A DNA stretch of 64,000 bases from Camelus dromedarius (GCF_036321535.1 NC_087472.1:102426001-102490000); one strand, 5' to 3'. Counted from the stretch's first letter, positions 14,400 to 27,840 are shown. Program-made: numbers and translations. The notes: generated from the sequence alone by a model not told the origin.

Positions 14400-15260
14400 G
14401 GCATGTCTGGGTGCAAGGTTCATTCCATCATCTACTCAGCAGATGCTCATTCGGCACCTGCTGTGCTCCAGGCTCCATGCTACCTGCTAGCAGGGCACAG
14501 CACAGAGTCCATGCCTTCACGGCATTTACAGTTGGGAGTGGGTGAGTGGGGAGAGAGACACAAGGGTTTAGGCTGCCAAGGCTCTGAGACGGGGTAACCA
14601 GGAGTGCAGGGCGGAAAGGGTAGTGAGGGAAGGCCTCTAGGAGAAGGTGACATGTGAGATGAGATCTTGTGGAATGGTACAGGGTAGAGTTCCAGGAAGA
14701 GGGAAGAGGGGACAGCAAACATAAGGCACTAAAGCAGGACAAAGCTCAGCCTGATTGAGCACCAGAAAGAAACAGTGGCTGGAGTGTTGGCGACCAGGGC
14801 AGTGGGGCATGAGGGTGTGAGAAGCCAGGGGCCTTAGAAGTCAGCGGATGGAGTTTGGATTCTAGTCTACTAGAGATGAGATGCCATGAAAAGGGTCTGT
14901 ATAAGAGAGTGATGTGAAGCATTTTCACCATAAATGGACCCCTCTGGCTGCTGAAATGTGCTGATACTGGAAAGGGGCAAGGATGGGGCAACAGTCGGGA
15001 GGCCTCAGGCAGGAGATGATGGCACCAGGGCCACAGTGACAGCAGTGGGGAAGTGGACTTGAGTTATATTCTTAATACAGCACTGTCACAATAGGGGGCA
15101 GGCATGACTCAAGAAAGAGTCCTAGGCTTGTGGCTAGAAAAAAATGGCAGGTAACTGGAGTGCTATTCTGAGATGGAGAAGATGAGGAGACAGACAGGTC
15201 TGGGGGACAGAGGAGCTGTGGGGACTTGACTGGTATCTGATGTTTACCCTCAAATGACAC
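14400..15260. mobile_element. L2 LINE relic
   Basis: Purine-rich degenerate L2-like motifs (GGAGTTTGGATTCTAGT...GATGCCATGAAAAGG...AGGAGATGATGG); a similar region lies at about 51030-52060. Confidence 0.5.
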
Positions 15261-16250
15261 CAACTCTCACTGCCCCAATTCTCTTCTGGGGATAAGCAGG
15301 CATATGACATCAGCGTCAGGTGTGGCTGCAACATGGTAAACAAAATACATGGCGTGCACCTGAACTCACAATGGATACTCAAGCTTTTAAAGGGTTTACT
15401 AATGGAGAGAAAAATGCCTTGAAATGACCTGGGTCAGTGGAAGGGAGGTAAAACCCAGCTCTACGTTTATTTTCTAGACTGAGGTTCTATTTATGACTTT
15501 GGTTTAAAAAAAAAAAGTGGTTTAAAAATAAAGCTTGAAAACCAATGATAAAGTAAAAAGCCATATTCACTGCGTCCTATGCCAGGTGGGGTGCTGGGTG
15601 CTGGGGACAGAGATCAAAGCCAGCCTTCGCCTGCTGACCATTCCCACCCCAGAGAGACACAGATAAGAAGTGAGGGTCATATTCGAGAGTCTCGGTCCTC
15701 ACACCTGTACAGAGGTGATAGAAGCCCCTATATGCCTCACAGACAAGCAGTGAGGCTCAAAAGAGGTAATGTGTGACAAAGTGCTTCCTGGAACTGTCAG
15801 GTGCTACACAGTTGTTAGCTGGTATCCCTACGTTCCCTCTGAAGCTCCGAGAGAAATTTTTGTGGGCCAGCAGATGAAATTTTCTTTCTTTCAATTTCAG
15901 TTTCAAATACATATAGTAGTTAAAGAGAAAATTTAGAATATAATCATTTCATTCAGAAGAATTAGAATGCTGTCTAGAAACTTCATATGACAGCATATCT
16001 CAAAAGATTATCTTAATAACATAAAAGAATGGCTAAAAGAATTATATAATCGGCTAAACTTTTCCAGTAAGACAAAAGAACTTAATAAGAAGCAAATTAT
16101 AAGTCAGTGAAAAAAAAAGTGAAAGTTCACGTGTACATTCCTAACATCTCAAAATATTTTAAAAAATTATATAAAAGAAAAACACTCTGCTAAGGATAAA
16201 GTTACGATAGGAAGAAGGTATTTCTATACGTGGTGTCACAAGATACTTAC

Positions 16251-16324
16251 AGCCGATAGGGCCAAGATTTGTTGTTGAATTGTTTCTTCATCATTACTAT
16301 CAACCCATGGGGGCACTGCTGCTT
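16251..16324 (-). CDS. SYAP1: SYAP1 exon 4 ([25 protein letters not shown])
   Basis: Within ORF 16236..16598; acceptor tag|AA, donor GCT|GTAAGT; 74 nt. Confidence 0.96.
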
Positions 16325-16499
16325 CTAAAAGGTTTTTAATGGCAAAGAAAAAGAAAAATAGGTTACAAGGGTTATACTGCGATTCGTGGCTTGAAAGAAT
16401 GAGAAAGCTTCCACCCAACCATTTTAGCAATTTACTAATAAGTTCCAAATATGAATATTCAACATAATCCTCAAGACTTAATGTACGAATTTTACAACT

Positions 16500-17185
16500 G
16501 TATGTATTTGGTAAAAAATTACTTGAATTATACAATGGAGGAACTGGACAATGCCTTGACCAGGTGACCAAAATCATCAACGAGGAAGAGATGGCCACTG
16601 TGGGCCGCCTTAGATGTGATGTCTTGGGAAGGGCACACCATCCCTAGAGTATTCTGGCCAAGAGTGCATAATCTGAGTCTAATTGTGAGAAAATATCAGG
16701 CAAAGCCCAAATGAGGAATGGCCTATTTAAAAAAAGGAGGGGGAGCGTATTCTTCAAAAAATTAATGTCATAAAAGACAAAGAAAGGCTGTGGAAATGCT
16801 CCAGATTATAGGAGGCCAAGAGACATGACAAAAAACGCAGTACTGTACCTGAGACTGGATGCTGTGCTGAGGAGGAAAATGTATAAGGACATTTCTGGGT
16901 CAATTGACAAAATTAGACTATGAATATTATATCAATGCTAAATCTCCTAAAGCTGGTAACTGTACCATTGGTGATTATGCAGGAGATTATCCCTAATTCT
17001 TAAGAAATGCACACTGAGTGGAACAGAAAAAAAAAAAAGACAGAGTGAGCGAGAGAACATAAATAATAAGGCAAATGGAATAAAAGTTTAAATCTAGGTG
17101 GAGGGTACACAGGTGTTCTCTGTACTACTTTTACTGTGATTTTTCTGTAAATTGAAATTATTTCCAAATAAAGAGCTTTTATAAA
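16500..17185 (+). mobile_element. Old L1M (L1ME-like) 3' region
   Basis: AAAGACAAAGAAAGGCTGTGGAAATGCTCCAGATTA..., GTAAATTGAAATTATTTCCAAATAAA; approximate bounds. Confidence 0.55.
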
Positions 17186-18919
17186 AAATTATTGTACTTG
17201 ATTCATGACAAAATGTGGTAAGGAGGGTGCAAGATAAAGACTTAGGAATTGAGAAAAGGGTTGTCAGAGGTGAAATCAAATGAAGAAAGAAATGGGCAAA
17301 TTGGAGGCAGTAAACAGGGCTGGGATCAAATCCTCCATAAGTCTTTAAAGCAAAAAGCTGGGGATGCCAAGATGGCTAACACCCGGTCTATGTCACCCGG
17401 GGCTCATGAGAAAGATGAGTACAATTCAGCAGGATTAAAATGCCAGATGACAAACAGCAACTGCTTGGAGAGATGAATCCCATGGGGTTTCTGTGGTGAC
17501 CTGGGAGCAGATCTTGGACTAGGAGGAGGAGTTCAGCAGTGCGTGTGCAGGGTTTTCAGAGGGAGCAGCGAGCATAAAAGGGAGGAGACAAAACTAACAA
17601 GCGCAGCTCATCTGAGCAGCTCTACCAACTGAGCCTGGAGCAGGGCAAGAGGGCAGAGCTAAGGCTGTGGATTTGGGTGGTCTGCACAGAAGATATACAT
17701 GCAGAGGAAGCTCATATTTTTGTAGAAATAGTGCCTTTTACTATAATGCTGCAAAAGTCAAATGGAAGAGACATCCTGTTGGGTGCCAAATGACAGAAAA
17801 GTTATCTACATGCATGGATAGATGGACACATGGACAGATAAACGGTTCTTTCTCTGGCTCATCCTAAACAAGCAAATGGTGTCAATTATAATCCAAATTC
17901 TGTTACTTATAAGATCAAATTATTTTTAATGCCTTTTTAAAAGTTAGGGTAAAGCCCCTTCAAAACTTTTTTCTTACACTGTTTAACATTTTGGTGTCCA
18001 TTTTAAGTCTATTCACCTCAGGCAGCCTCTCCTAGTGCCACTTATTCTTGAATACTGAGGTCCTCCCAAGGCCCAAGCTACTGGTATGGATGAGACATGA
18101 CACCCCCTCCTCATTCCTCTAAGACGGGTTTTTTAGGGTGACCAATAACCTTCTGGTTGTCCAGCCCCATGGATACTTCTTAGTTCTTTTCTCTGCAGGC
18201 CAGTTTCCTTAACTGGAAGGTGGAGGTAACAGGAAGTACTTCAGAGAGTTACTGTGATTGTTAAGTGAAGAGATGCCTTTCCTCATGGTCACCTGACCTC
18301 GCTCTCCTGGAAATTCTCCCCTCTCTGTGCTTCATCGCTTCTCACCCCCAGCTGTTCTCTCTCCTGAGTAAATGGGTACTGGTTTTGATGGCAGATTTGT
18401 TTCATCACTTACTAGCTGAGCAACCTTCAGCAAATGACTTAACCTTGCTGATCCTTCCTTTTATTAAAGGAGATGTTATATATATAAAGTGCCCAGCAGG
18501 CTCTAAGAAACTGTCAATTCCTTCCATTCCCCACCCCTCCCCTCAACACTGGAGAGCTCTACTCAGCACTTTTCATGCTTGACATACTTTTCATTGAGGA
18601 GCTCACCTACTCTCATGGTTTTTACATGACTTGACTAACAATCTGTATCAGCATGGGAAATTCTCCATGCTTCAAACAGGACTAAACTGCTGCTGGACCC
18701 CGTCCCATTAATTTAAAGCAGTGCTGACCAACAGAACTTTCTGCAATGATGGAAATGGCTCTGTATCTGCATTGTCCAATATGGAAGTCACTAGCCCTAT
18801 GTGGGCACTTGAAATGTGGCTATTGTGACTGAGGAACGGAGTTTTCCCAACGTGCCACCTTTGTAGCCTTCCCTGACTTTGTACATGTTCATCTCACAGA
18901 ATGTCTACCAAGTACCTCA

Positions 18920-19436
18920 AGCAATTCCACTCCTGAATATATATTGCAAAAACACCCCACATTAATTCAAAAAGTTACATGCACCTCAATGCTCATAGCA
19001 ACATTATTGACAACTACCAAGGTACTGAGGCAACCTTAGCGGCCATTGATAGATGACTGGATAAAGAAGATATGGTATACACATACAATGGAATACTACT
19101 CAACCATAAAAAAGAATGAAAATTTGCCATCTGAAGCAACATGGATGGACTTGGAGGACATTATGCTAAGTGAAATAAGCCAGAAAGACAAATACTGTAT
19201 GATATCAGTTACGCATGGAATCTAAAATATACAACAAACTAATGAATGAAGCAAAAAAGGAGACTCACAGATATAGAGAACAAACAAGTGGCTGCCAGTG
19301 GGGGTGGGGGAGGGGCAATACAGGGGTAGGGTGGGAAAAAAGAGCTATTACGGGATTGTATGAAATCATGTGTGTGAAACTTCTGAAAACTGTAAAGCAC
19401 TAAAGGATTTACTTTCATTCAATTTTTTTTAAAAAA
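18920..19436 (+). mobile_element. LINE-1 3' end (ORF2 end plus 3' UTR)
   Basis: CAATGGAATACTACTCA...ATGGATGGACTTGGAGGACATTATGCTAAGTGAAATAAGCCAG..., G-rich 3' UTR, A-rich end. Confidence 0.88.
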
Positions 19437-20282
19437 GTGAAACTGCCTCTAAACCTTTCACCCCCACTCCCTCCACAGTTACCACCTCAGAGGCACCAAC
19501 CAGCTCCTACCCCAAGTCCCCAAGCCAGAGTCAATCTTACTGCTTCCCATCAATCACTAAGTTATGCTAACCTGCACAGTAGTTTATTTGTCCCAAAGAG
19601 CTGCTTCCTACTTTTGAGTACCTAAGGGCAATGATGCCTATCAGGAACTCACCACAGGACTGACTAGCTCTTTTTGAATTTGTGGCACTGCTCAAAACCC
19701 ACTGAATTATTTTACACTACTTTTGCCAAATTCAAAGATATGAGGCCAGTTTCATGTTTGAGCACCACTAAATGTTAAAAGCAGACCCTCTGACATTTTG
19801 TAACTGCAAACATTTAAACATGCATTTGTCAGTAAAGAAATGCAGTAAGTTAGTTCCCAAATACTCCATGACTTTTCACGGCCCTCTGTCACTCCCCTGG
19901 AAAGCTCTTTCATTTTCTCTTCTGAACAGAATGGGAAGGCAGCTAACATTTGCTGAGTGCCTCTTAGGTGTACATCAGACATTGTGCTGCACATGTTATA
20001 AAGTGAGAGATAAAAGCTTACTCTCTCTCTCTCTCAGAGCTAGGTCCCCAGAGGGGGTGATCTCACCCACTATTCCAGCTGCAGGGAACAATTTCCTTCC
20101 TTCCTTTAAACCCTGAAGGTTCACAGGTTTGTCCCCACTAGTCTTTGTGCTACCTGAAAGATGGGGGCCTAACTTAGATATTTTTGTATTTTCAGAGCCT
20201 TAGTGTGGTGTCTAGTATGTAACTGGTGCTTGATAAAATCTGGCAGGAAGGTTAAGTCATGTATAATAAACCTATACCATAC

Positions 20283-20349
20283 CTGATTTTTTTGTATGCT
20301 GCTCCTCAACAAATTTTTTCTGTTCCTTCTGGAAATCTCCTATAATTGT
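20283..20349 (-). CDS. SYAP1: SYAP1 exon 3 (TIIGDFQKEQKKFVEEQHTKKS)
   Basis: Acceptor cag|ACA, donor G|GTATG; 67 nt. Confidence 0.95.
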
Positions 20350-21153
20350 CTGTTAAAAAATACAGAGTCAAATTACTTTGAAAAGCTTATAATAAGATAA
20401 GAATTATATTCAAGATTTGTGGAGTCTATTTGAGACATTTTATTCATTTTCTTCAAATAAAGAGACTAAAAAAGTGATACTCCATCCCTTCACCAATAAG
20501 AGAGGAACTTCAACATTTCTGAACATTTTGAAAGGCAGTATAAGCTGCCTTTATGACAGACGATCTTTTCAAATGCAAAAATAAAATGAGTTAAAAATTG
20601 AATTTTTGTGTTATTCCATACAACACAGGTCAAATCTCATTCTAACAAATAGTACCCACAACAAAAATATCTAAATAACAAGCTATCTAAAGTTTAACTG
20701 ATGACCTCCTTAGTTCATTTATCGACATAAATGAAATTCCTGAGGCCTGCACCTTACCACTGCAAAAAATGAGCAAACTCACTCTTTAGAGTCTTAAAAG
20801 GGTTGTTTCTGTTGGGCTAGGACTTTCAAAACTTACCGGAATGATGCAAAGGCATAAATGTATTCTGAAATGGTTATAGTTGAAAATTAAACTCACAATA
20901 TGAAAAGCTTAGTATTACCCAAAAGTATCAATGTATTTTAGAATATATTAAAATAAAAACAAAGGTTATTTAAATCAAGTAACTTATAGCTACTTGCTAT
21001 ACAAAAAAGAAAGAAAAACAAGAATCTCTACAATATTTTTATCAGAATAAGATATCTTACTTAGGTTAATAAAGTTCATAAGAAGAAGGGATAATTATAT
21101 TAGCTGCTAATGAATTTCATAAACTTCTATTTCCAAAAGATATTTAAATGTAC

Positions 21154-21272
21154 CTTATCGATGATGTCATCTATCTTTCCTTCTTCTACTGATTTCTTTA
21201 TGGTTTGTGCTGTTTCAGCAACTGACTCAGTTATCTTTTTTGTAGCAGCAGTTGCAAAGTTAAACAGATAGT
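21154..21272 (-). CDS. SYAP1: SYAP1 exon 2 ([40 protein letters not shown])
   Basis: Acceptor cag|AC, donor AAG|GTAC; 119 nt; read manually. Confidence 0.95.
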
Positions 21273-21638
21273 CTGTAAAGAATAAAAAAGAGTCTATGCT
21301 CCATTCAAGTTCAATGGTTACTGTTTGTGATTTCTCCCTTAAAGAGCGCTCATAAGACTCTTAAACCGTAGGGAGACAACACTCCACTTTCTCAGTGGAT
21401 TGGCCATCTATACTGAGCTTTTAAATCATAGCTTTCAAAGACTGTTAGCCTACTCCCCAGTTCACCCAGTAGCTGTTTCAAACTTGCCTTGCCCTTCTCC
21501 AGTCTCTATTTCTAACTTATCTCAGCAAATAATCTGCCCACCTACTTTACAGTAAGATCATAAGGTCAAGGCTCCTTTTTACTTTCTTTCCTTTCAAGAT
21601 CCTAAGTATCCCATCTTTCTTTTCTCTCTCTTGTTTAA

Positions 21639-21659
21639 GAGAGAGAGAGAGAGAGAGAG

Positions 21660-21725
<66 letters not shown>

Positions 21726-21745
21726 GAAGGAAGAAGAAAAGAAAG
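21639..21745 (+). repeat. Compound microsatellite (GA)n(GAAA)n
   Basis: Directly visible pure-purine tract of about 105 bp. Confidence 0.95.
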
Positions 21746-24700
21746 AGCGAGCTCCTCCTTTCCTAGATTAACACATCTCATGATAAATCTGGGGGAGTTT
21801 TTAAGAAATAGAAATCTTGGCAAGCCCTAACATAAATCCTCTTCACTAATAATAATGAAAAATATATAGAATGAAATTCAAACTGCAACACACAAACTTT
21901 CCCCTTTACAAGACAAAACAAAAACACAAAATTAACTTTCCTAAAGACCTGAAAAGACATTTGGCTCTTTTTGCATTATGATCTAAAAGTGTATTTGGAG
22001 ACAAATATCATTTCAAAGTCCACATCCTACAGAATCTGGGCTGCAGGAAGCGACCTCAGGCAGGTCTTACTGGGGGATGCCCCTAGGCAACTGGCCTTCA
22101 AATTTCATCTGACAGAAAATCCTCCGTAGGTTAGAGCAGTCTTGTGCTTTGCTACTCACGTCTGCTGAGGGGGCAGATGGGCTGACTCAATACTCAGGCA
22201 GGGACAAAAACTCCAATACGAATGGAACAGGGAGCCCGGCACAGCTGATTAAATCCTAACTCTATGGGTGGAATAACAGAAAATCAGGCGACTCATACTG
22301 CTATCTGGGAGGACTATCTCCTGATCCAAATGACCATCTCTCCCACTTACCACATCCTTTACCACTAAACTGGCTTTCTCCCAGTGTCTGGTGGCATTCA
22401 TCTGTTAATGACATTAACACCCATTGTGACTATACCACAGGACACTACTTGTCTCTGGTCTCATGCCCGCCATACTCCCCCTCCTATTCTATATTCATAT
22501 GACTACAAGAAATCCTTGAACATCTCCAAGGAGGCCCCAGACATTCCTTTGGTTTGAAACACTTTAATTGGCTCCCCCTTTACCTGGCTATCTACATATC
22601 TTGTGAACCTCCACTTACATATCACTTCTCAAGAAATGTTCCCAGGCTCCATGGCCAGCATAGGCATCCCTAAGATGTGTTCCCTCAGTACCTGTGTTGC
22701 CAGACCAACAATATTCATTACACTCTGTCGATTACTCAGTGAACCTGTCTTCTCAGCTAGACTGAAGACCCATCCTAAGCCTCAATGGGGCGGGGACTGA
22801 GGCAGTCTGATTCACAAGCGTATCCCCAGAGTGACCATTAAGTAAGTACTTGCTGAACGGATGGATGGGGAGTGACGTAAGTGCTGCGCTTTAGGGAGAT
22901 CCCTGATTTCTCCTTGGTTATGATTAGGCTATTTACCCAGAGTGGTATGATAAAATGGGTAGACAGCCACACTTCTTTGTAAAAATATTCTCTGCATATA
23001 GACAAATCTAGATTTCCAAAAGAGCAGTGTTTCCTTTAAGATTTTCTCAGGAATACCTTCTGAATTAGAATCATCATTTTTATTCTAAGGGAGGATTGTC
23101 ATTTTAAAGCTGATATTTTAGCAGAGTAATCTCAATTCTCAGATTTCAACGACTCCATGGATGGAATACACTGAACGCTGGAGAAACACAGTTCTTGCCA
23201 TCAAGGGATTTTCATTTCTAAATCAAACAACCAACCGACAAATAAAGGATTCAAAGACAACAAGAGGAGCAAGATTATTCATTAAATTGAGGCCTTCAGA
23301 GAAGGGAGGGAGGTCTCCCGAGAGTAATTAGAGAGCAGCCTGGATTCTAAACTCAGAGGGAGTGGGCAGCGGGAGGGCAGGACAAGAGATTTTTCAGGTA
23401 AGACGCTCATAAAGATGAGAAGTTTGTAACTGTGTAGAAATCGGCTGACACCAAGTTAAAGGCAGTTTTTACTAAGTGGTTAGAAAAACTGAGACGTAGA
23501 TAATTAACAGGAAGTAAGAGGAGTACAATGTCCACTTCACGGACTTAGGCATGAGGAGAGGGTCTGAACTTAAGTGGCAACCAAAGACAAGGAAATCTCA
23601 ATAAAATGTCTGCGAGTGAATAGACTCAACAATTTTATGGAAGGAGGGAGCAGATTGCTAACATGAAAAGTAGTCATTTTACCTTCATTTTCATCATGTC
23701 ACAACCATCCTGGGATGAGTATGTATAATTAGCCCAGTTTACAGATAGGGAAGCTGAGGCTCACAGAGGATAAATACTTTGCCCATGAAGACAGGGGCAG
23801 ATCCTGCTGACTGCCTAGCCAACAGCCTATCCCCTTCCTCCCTGGCAAAGAAACCCAATTTTGGTGGGTGCTCCTCAAACCTGGCAGTGGTCTTAAGGAC
23901 CCCTGACACAGCCAATAAAAGTCCTCTCATTAAGCCTTTTCATTGGACTTTCTGTAATTTGCAAATGACATCACAGTGAAGACAGTAAGTAGTACAGGGA
24001 ACTCAAACACGGGCTACCTGCCTCCAAACGGCAAGCAGTGCCCCAATCCCATACTGCCTCATGTCAGATGAGCAAGGGACAAGGGCTTACAGAACTGAAT
24101 GGATCATAAAAGTAAATGAAAGTGGGAAGGTTCTCAAAGGTCAGAAAAAGCATAAATTTATCAAAGCAGAGGAGGGCAGCGTTTAAAGCGTGCTGCTAGA
24201 ATAGGAAAATAAGCAATAAATAATGGTTTCTAAGGCAGCCTTTGAAAATCAATATTCTTATGAAGAGGGTGGTTAATTTTCCAAAAATACTACATTTCAC
24301 ACAATTTTAGAATCTTTATGTTGGAAGGGACTTTAACTTTTCAACTGCCTATCCAGGTAGCCCCACTTCTAGGGATGGGGAGCACATGACTTTGAAGGGC
24401 AGCCAATTATTACTGTTATCCATCTCTAGTTCCAAAATCCTTTTCACCTTCCTTGTCATTTCTGCCTCTCAGACTTAGATCTGTCCTCTTCAGTAACATA
24501 AAATGACTTCTTTTCTACCAAAATACCTTTCAAAATTTTGAGCAATGTCCCTAAAGTTTCTTCTTCTTTAAGCTAAAATCCCTTGTTCTTTTTAATATTG
24601 TTCATAAGCCATGGAATCCAAGCTCCTGACCATGTGTGCTGCTCTCCTCGTGGCAAACCTGGGTTTGTCATCAAAACTGAACTGGGTATTTCACTTCCGT

Positions 24701-26004
24701 ATTAAAGCAGACATATATTTTCCTACATACACACTAACTTTTGGAGTCCTCTGTTGTAAACTAAGCAAATTATACATCTAGAACTCGAAGCATACTTTCC
24801 TTACAGAAAAAAGAGGATGGCCTAATTAACACAACTCTATTGCAAATATTAATAGCACTTTTCAAAGAAGGAAGAGGAGGTGGCCCTTCCTCCATTCCTG
24901 GGCATGGACTGGCCTTAGGGACGGTTTGAAAAAGCCAACACTTATCTCTGGCCACCCTCTCACTTACATGAACTGTGCAAATGACTCAGATACTTAACAC
25001 TCTCAGACATACGGGCTTGTTTGTTTTTTTAAAGAAAGGGTACAGATAAAACACTAATTTGACTTGAGCAAAAACCAATCAACCAATCTGTGCTGAATAA
25101 GAAGCTACTCTGGGGCACGAGGCCTTGGGAGGTAGGGAGGAGCTCTTTGATGAGTTCCCTAATAAACTGCCCTCCTTCTGTGATCACAGCAAGTCCTAAG
25201 TTCATCAGGTGGCAGAGCCAAGCATGCAAAGATTTAATTTTTGGGGGAGGAAGTGGAATATAGCCCTGGGTGTCTACCACTCCTAACTGGTACCTATTTT
25301 GTAAAGTTGCCTAAAATAAATAAGTCACTATGAACTAGAATCTACTCAGTGGGAGTCAGGCATAGAGATGTTTGACTTCAGTTTCCAAAACATAGATGGG
25401 TCTTTTTAAAGACAATATACCCCATAAGATCAATATGTAGAAATAAAAAATACCCGATCATTTCTCTTGCCTTTTTGAAGGTTTGTGTACAAACTAGGAC
25501 TTTTTCATCTCCTTAAAATCAAATAAATTTTGGAGCCAAACGAGCTCTATTATTCAGAAACTGCATTCATAATGTGTGTGTGGGCGGGAAAGTACTTCAT
25601 CTAACCTTAGCCTCCCAACCTCAAGGGAGTCTGGAGAGGAAAGAGATGGCAGCGTTAAGCTCCAAAGTTGACATCCATATTGAAAACATACTTATTAAAA
25701 AATATTCACAGGTCTTTATTACTAAATACAAATGTGAGGTTTCAATAAAACCCAAAGTTTTAAGAAGCCACTTTTGATACTCCTCTGACCAGAAATGGAA
25801 ATGGTTCTTCATGCTCTATGAAATCAAGGAAACAACCATACCCAGCTTTTCCTAAGGTGGTATCATCTTTATTTATCCCAACTACCTAACATAGCTTCTT
25901 TGCTCTAGTCAAATTTATCTCCTCACATCTCTCAAATATTCCAAGCTTATTTCTTCCCAACTTTCCAGAGGGGAAATAGTTGTTCCCTCTTTAGTGATAT
26001 TATT

Positions 26005-26133
26005 TTGTCTTTTTTTTAGGGGGGTTAGTAATTGAGTTTTATTTATTTATTTTAATGGAGGTACTGGGGATTGTACCCAGGACCTCGTGCAGGCTAACCA
26101 CACGCTTTACCACTGAGCTATAACCCCCTCTCC
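26005..26133 (-). mobile_element. tRNA-Ala-derived SINE (vic-1-like)
   Basis: The reverse complement has an A-box/B-box tRNA-like body plus an A-rich tail; 16-bp TSD CTTTAGTGATATTATT at 25989-26004 and 26134-26149. Confidence 0.85.
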
Positions 26134-27199
26134 CTTTAGTGATATTATTGCATAGCACTTAGTTTTATTTACCTTGTGCATTTTGGGGGCTTGGGGGCTG
26201 AGATTGTGTACTGCCATGATTTGAGATTATGCCTATTTTCCCTGCTTCTCCACCCCACAGTAAACTTTTTGAATGTTAAAGCCTTTCTTATCCAAATACA
26301 TGTTCCTTCACTCTCAAGATCCAGCCTGTGCTATGCTCTTGCCTTTCAGTATTTGTAGTAAATTCTTCAAAAATGCTTGCTAAATGGCTAAATGTAATAT
26401 CTACCTTTACTGAAGTTCTCTCCCTTGTAGTGCTGTCTGCTCTAGGGCCACCTTCTCAAAGATGGTTTCTTTAACTATTTATTTAAGCCTGCCAAGGTCT
26501 CTCCAGGAGCAGGATTACTACGGCATGTGTTTATTCTGCAAGCCTATTACTTTTACCCTCCTCCCGAACTAGACTGTAAGCTGGGAAAGAGCATAGGCTT
26601 TGAAACTAGACAGCCCTAGGTTCAAATTCCATTTCTACCATTTATTATCAGTATAATTTTGGGCCATTAACTCTACACTCGTGTCCCAAGTCAACGGGGT
26701 GTTTAAACAGATGAAGTGAGATATTGTTCACAAAATATCTAGTACTAAACTTGCACATCACAGACAAGAATTGGCAACTACTTTCTTGCCTTAAGGAAAA
26801 AGGTCCCAATGCATCTCAAAGGAGATAAGCCTGCCTGCCACAGGCCTTCAGTAACTCTTCTCCAATTTATTTCGGACGACACATTCCGACCTAAGGGCAA
26901 AAAGACACTTTTTCAACCAACTCGAGGTCCCCAAAGTCCCCTGTGCTCTGGGTGGGCGGTAGTCGAGCTGAAAGTTGGCGAGTTCAACAAAAAAGATTCC
27001 TCATCAAACCTAAAGACGTCGCGCCCCACCGCTTTACCACGGCCCTGCTCCCAATGTTGACACACTTGGCAAAGACTGACATGTCACCAGGAACTTCAAG
27101 CACAGGACTTCACTGCTAGATGAAGGTTGGGCCTTGCCCAGATCCTCACCAACCTCTCCAATTCTGAGAGGACCGACCAACAGATACACCTTCTCCCCA

Positions 27200-27840
27200 C
27201 CCCACACCCCCTGACGAGTGGTGGTCCACGCCCAGGGCCGTCAGGAGGAAGGATGCGGGCGCTCTCCGAAAATCTCTGGTCCCGGGAGCCGGGGGAGACT
27301 CACTGCCGAGGCCTTTGGCCTGGTGAAGGAGCTCCTGGTCCCCGGCTTGCTGTGGCTCCCCCTCCGCCGACTCCACCACCGTCTCGGAGCGCTGCTGGGG
27401 TGGAGCGTCTCCCTTGGGCTGCCCGTCTCCCTCGGACTGCCGGCCACCCGCCGCCGGCTGCTCCAAGCCAAACCAACTGCTCAAACCCCGGAACATCACG
27501 CCCGCGGGGCCGCCACCGCGGTTCGGGTCACCGAAGACCCTAGCGGGTGCCACCTCCCCAGGACTCCACACAACGCGTCCCCCAGGGCGACAGCCGGAAG
27601 TGCGACCCCGGAGCAGCCAGTCTATTCGTCGCCCCGCCCCTACGACGACTCCGCCGCCGGCCGCGCATGCGTCACGTCCGGCCAAAGGCCCCGCCTTACC
27701 GCCGGCTGATTATTTCGTAACTTAATTACGCGCGTGGAAACCCGGCAACGGGATTTCCCCACGTTGTCCCGCCCCGCCTCTTTTCCCTCTCCCCAGGCTT
27801 TGTAAGTGATTAACCTAGGCGTGGAAACCGCGTCTTTGTC
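27200..27840 (-). promoter_or_regulatory. SYAP1: SYAP1 CpG island promoter
   Basis: GC/CpG-rich stretch spanning exon 1, with ETS GCCGGAAGT (~27593), GC boxes, NRF1-like GCGCATGCG (~27663) and kB-like GGGATTTCCC (27750-27759). Confidence 0.85.
27304..27496 (-). CDS. SYAP1: SYAP1 exon 1 coding part ([13 protein letters not shown]...LHQAKGLG)
   Basis: ATG at 27496-27494 inside a CpG island; donor A|GTGAGT at 27303; 193 nt, phase 1. Confidence 0.96.

Larger units (their letters stand above)
372..27496 (-). other. SYAP1: SYAP1 gene, coding span (synapse-associated protein 1, BSD domain); 9 coding exons, 358 aa
   Basis: Exons of 193+119+67+74+140+149+59+148+128 = 1077 nt join in frame with GT-AG introns. 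The translation MFRGLSSW...[18 protein letters not shown]...[12 protein letters not shown]...[10 protein letters not shown] matches mammalian SYAP1 as recalled. Confidence 0.97.

Noticed and set aside
24689..24698. ETS-IRF composite motif TTTCACTTCC in SYAP1 intron 1
   Set aside because: A single 10-mer with no supporting context.
25100..25260. Possible intronic C/D snoRNA (TGATGA on both strands)
   Set aside because: No suitably placed D box with a terminal stem on the transcribed strand.
26050..26125. tRNA-Ala-like sequences as functional tRNA genes
   Set aside because: They have A-rich tails, TSDs and copy-to-copy divergence, so they are SINEs.
27127..27725. Plus-strand ORFs over the SYAP1 promoter and the upstream extension of ORF 27146..27685
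   Set aside because: CpG-island artefacts; the recognisable protein starts at the ATG at 27496.
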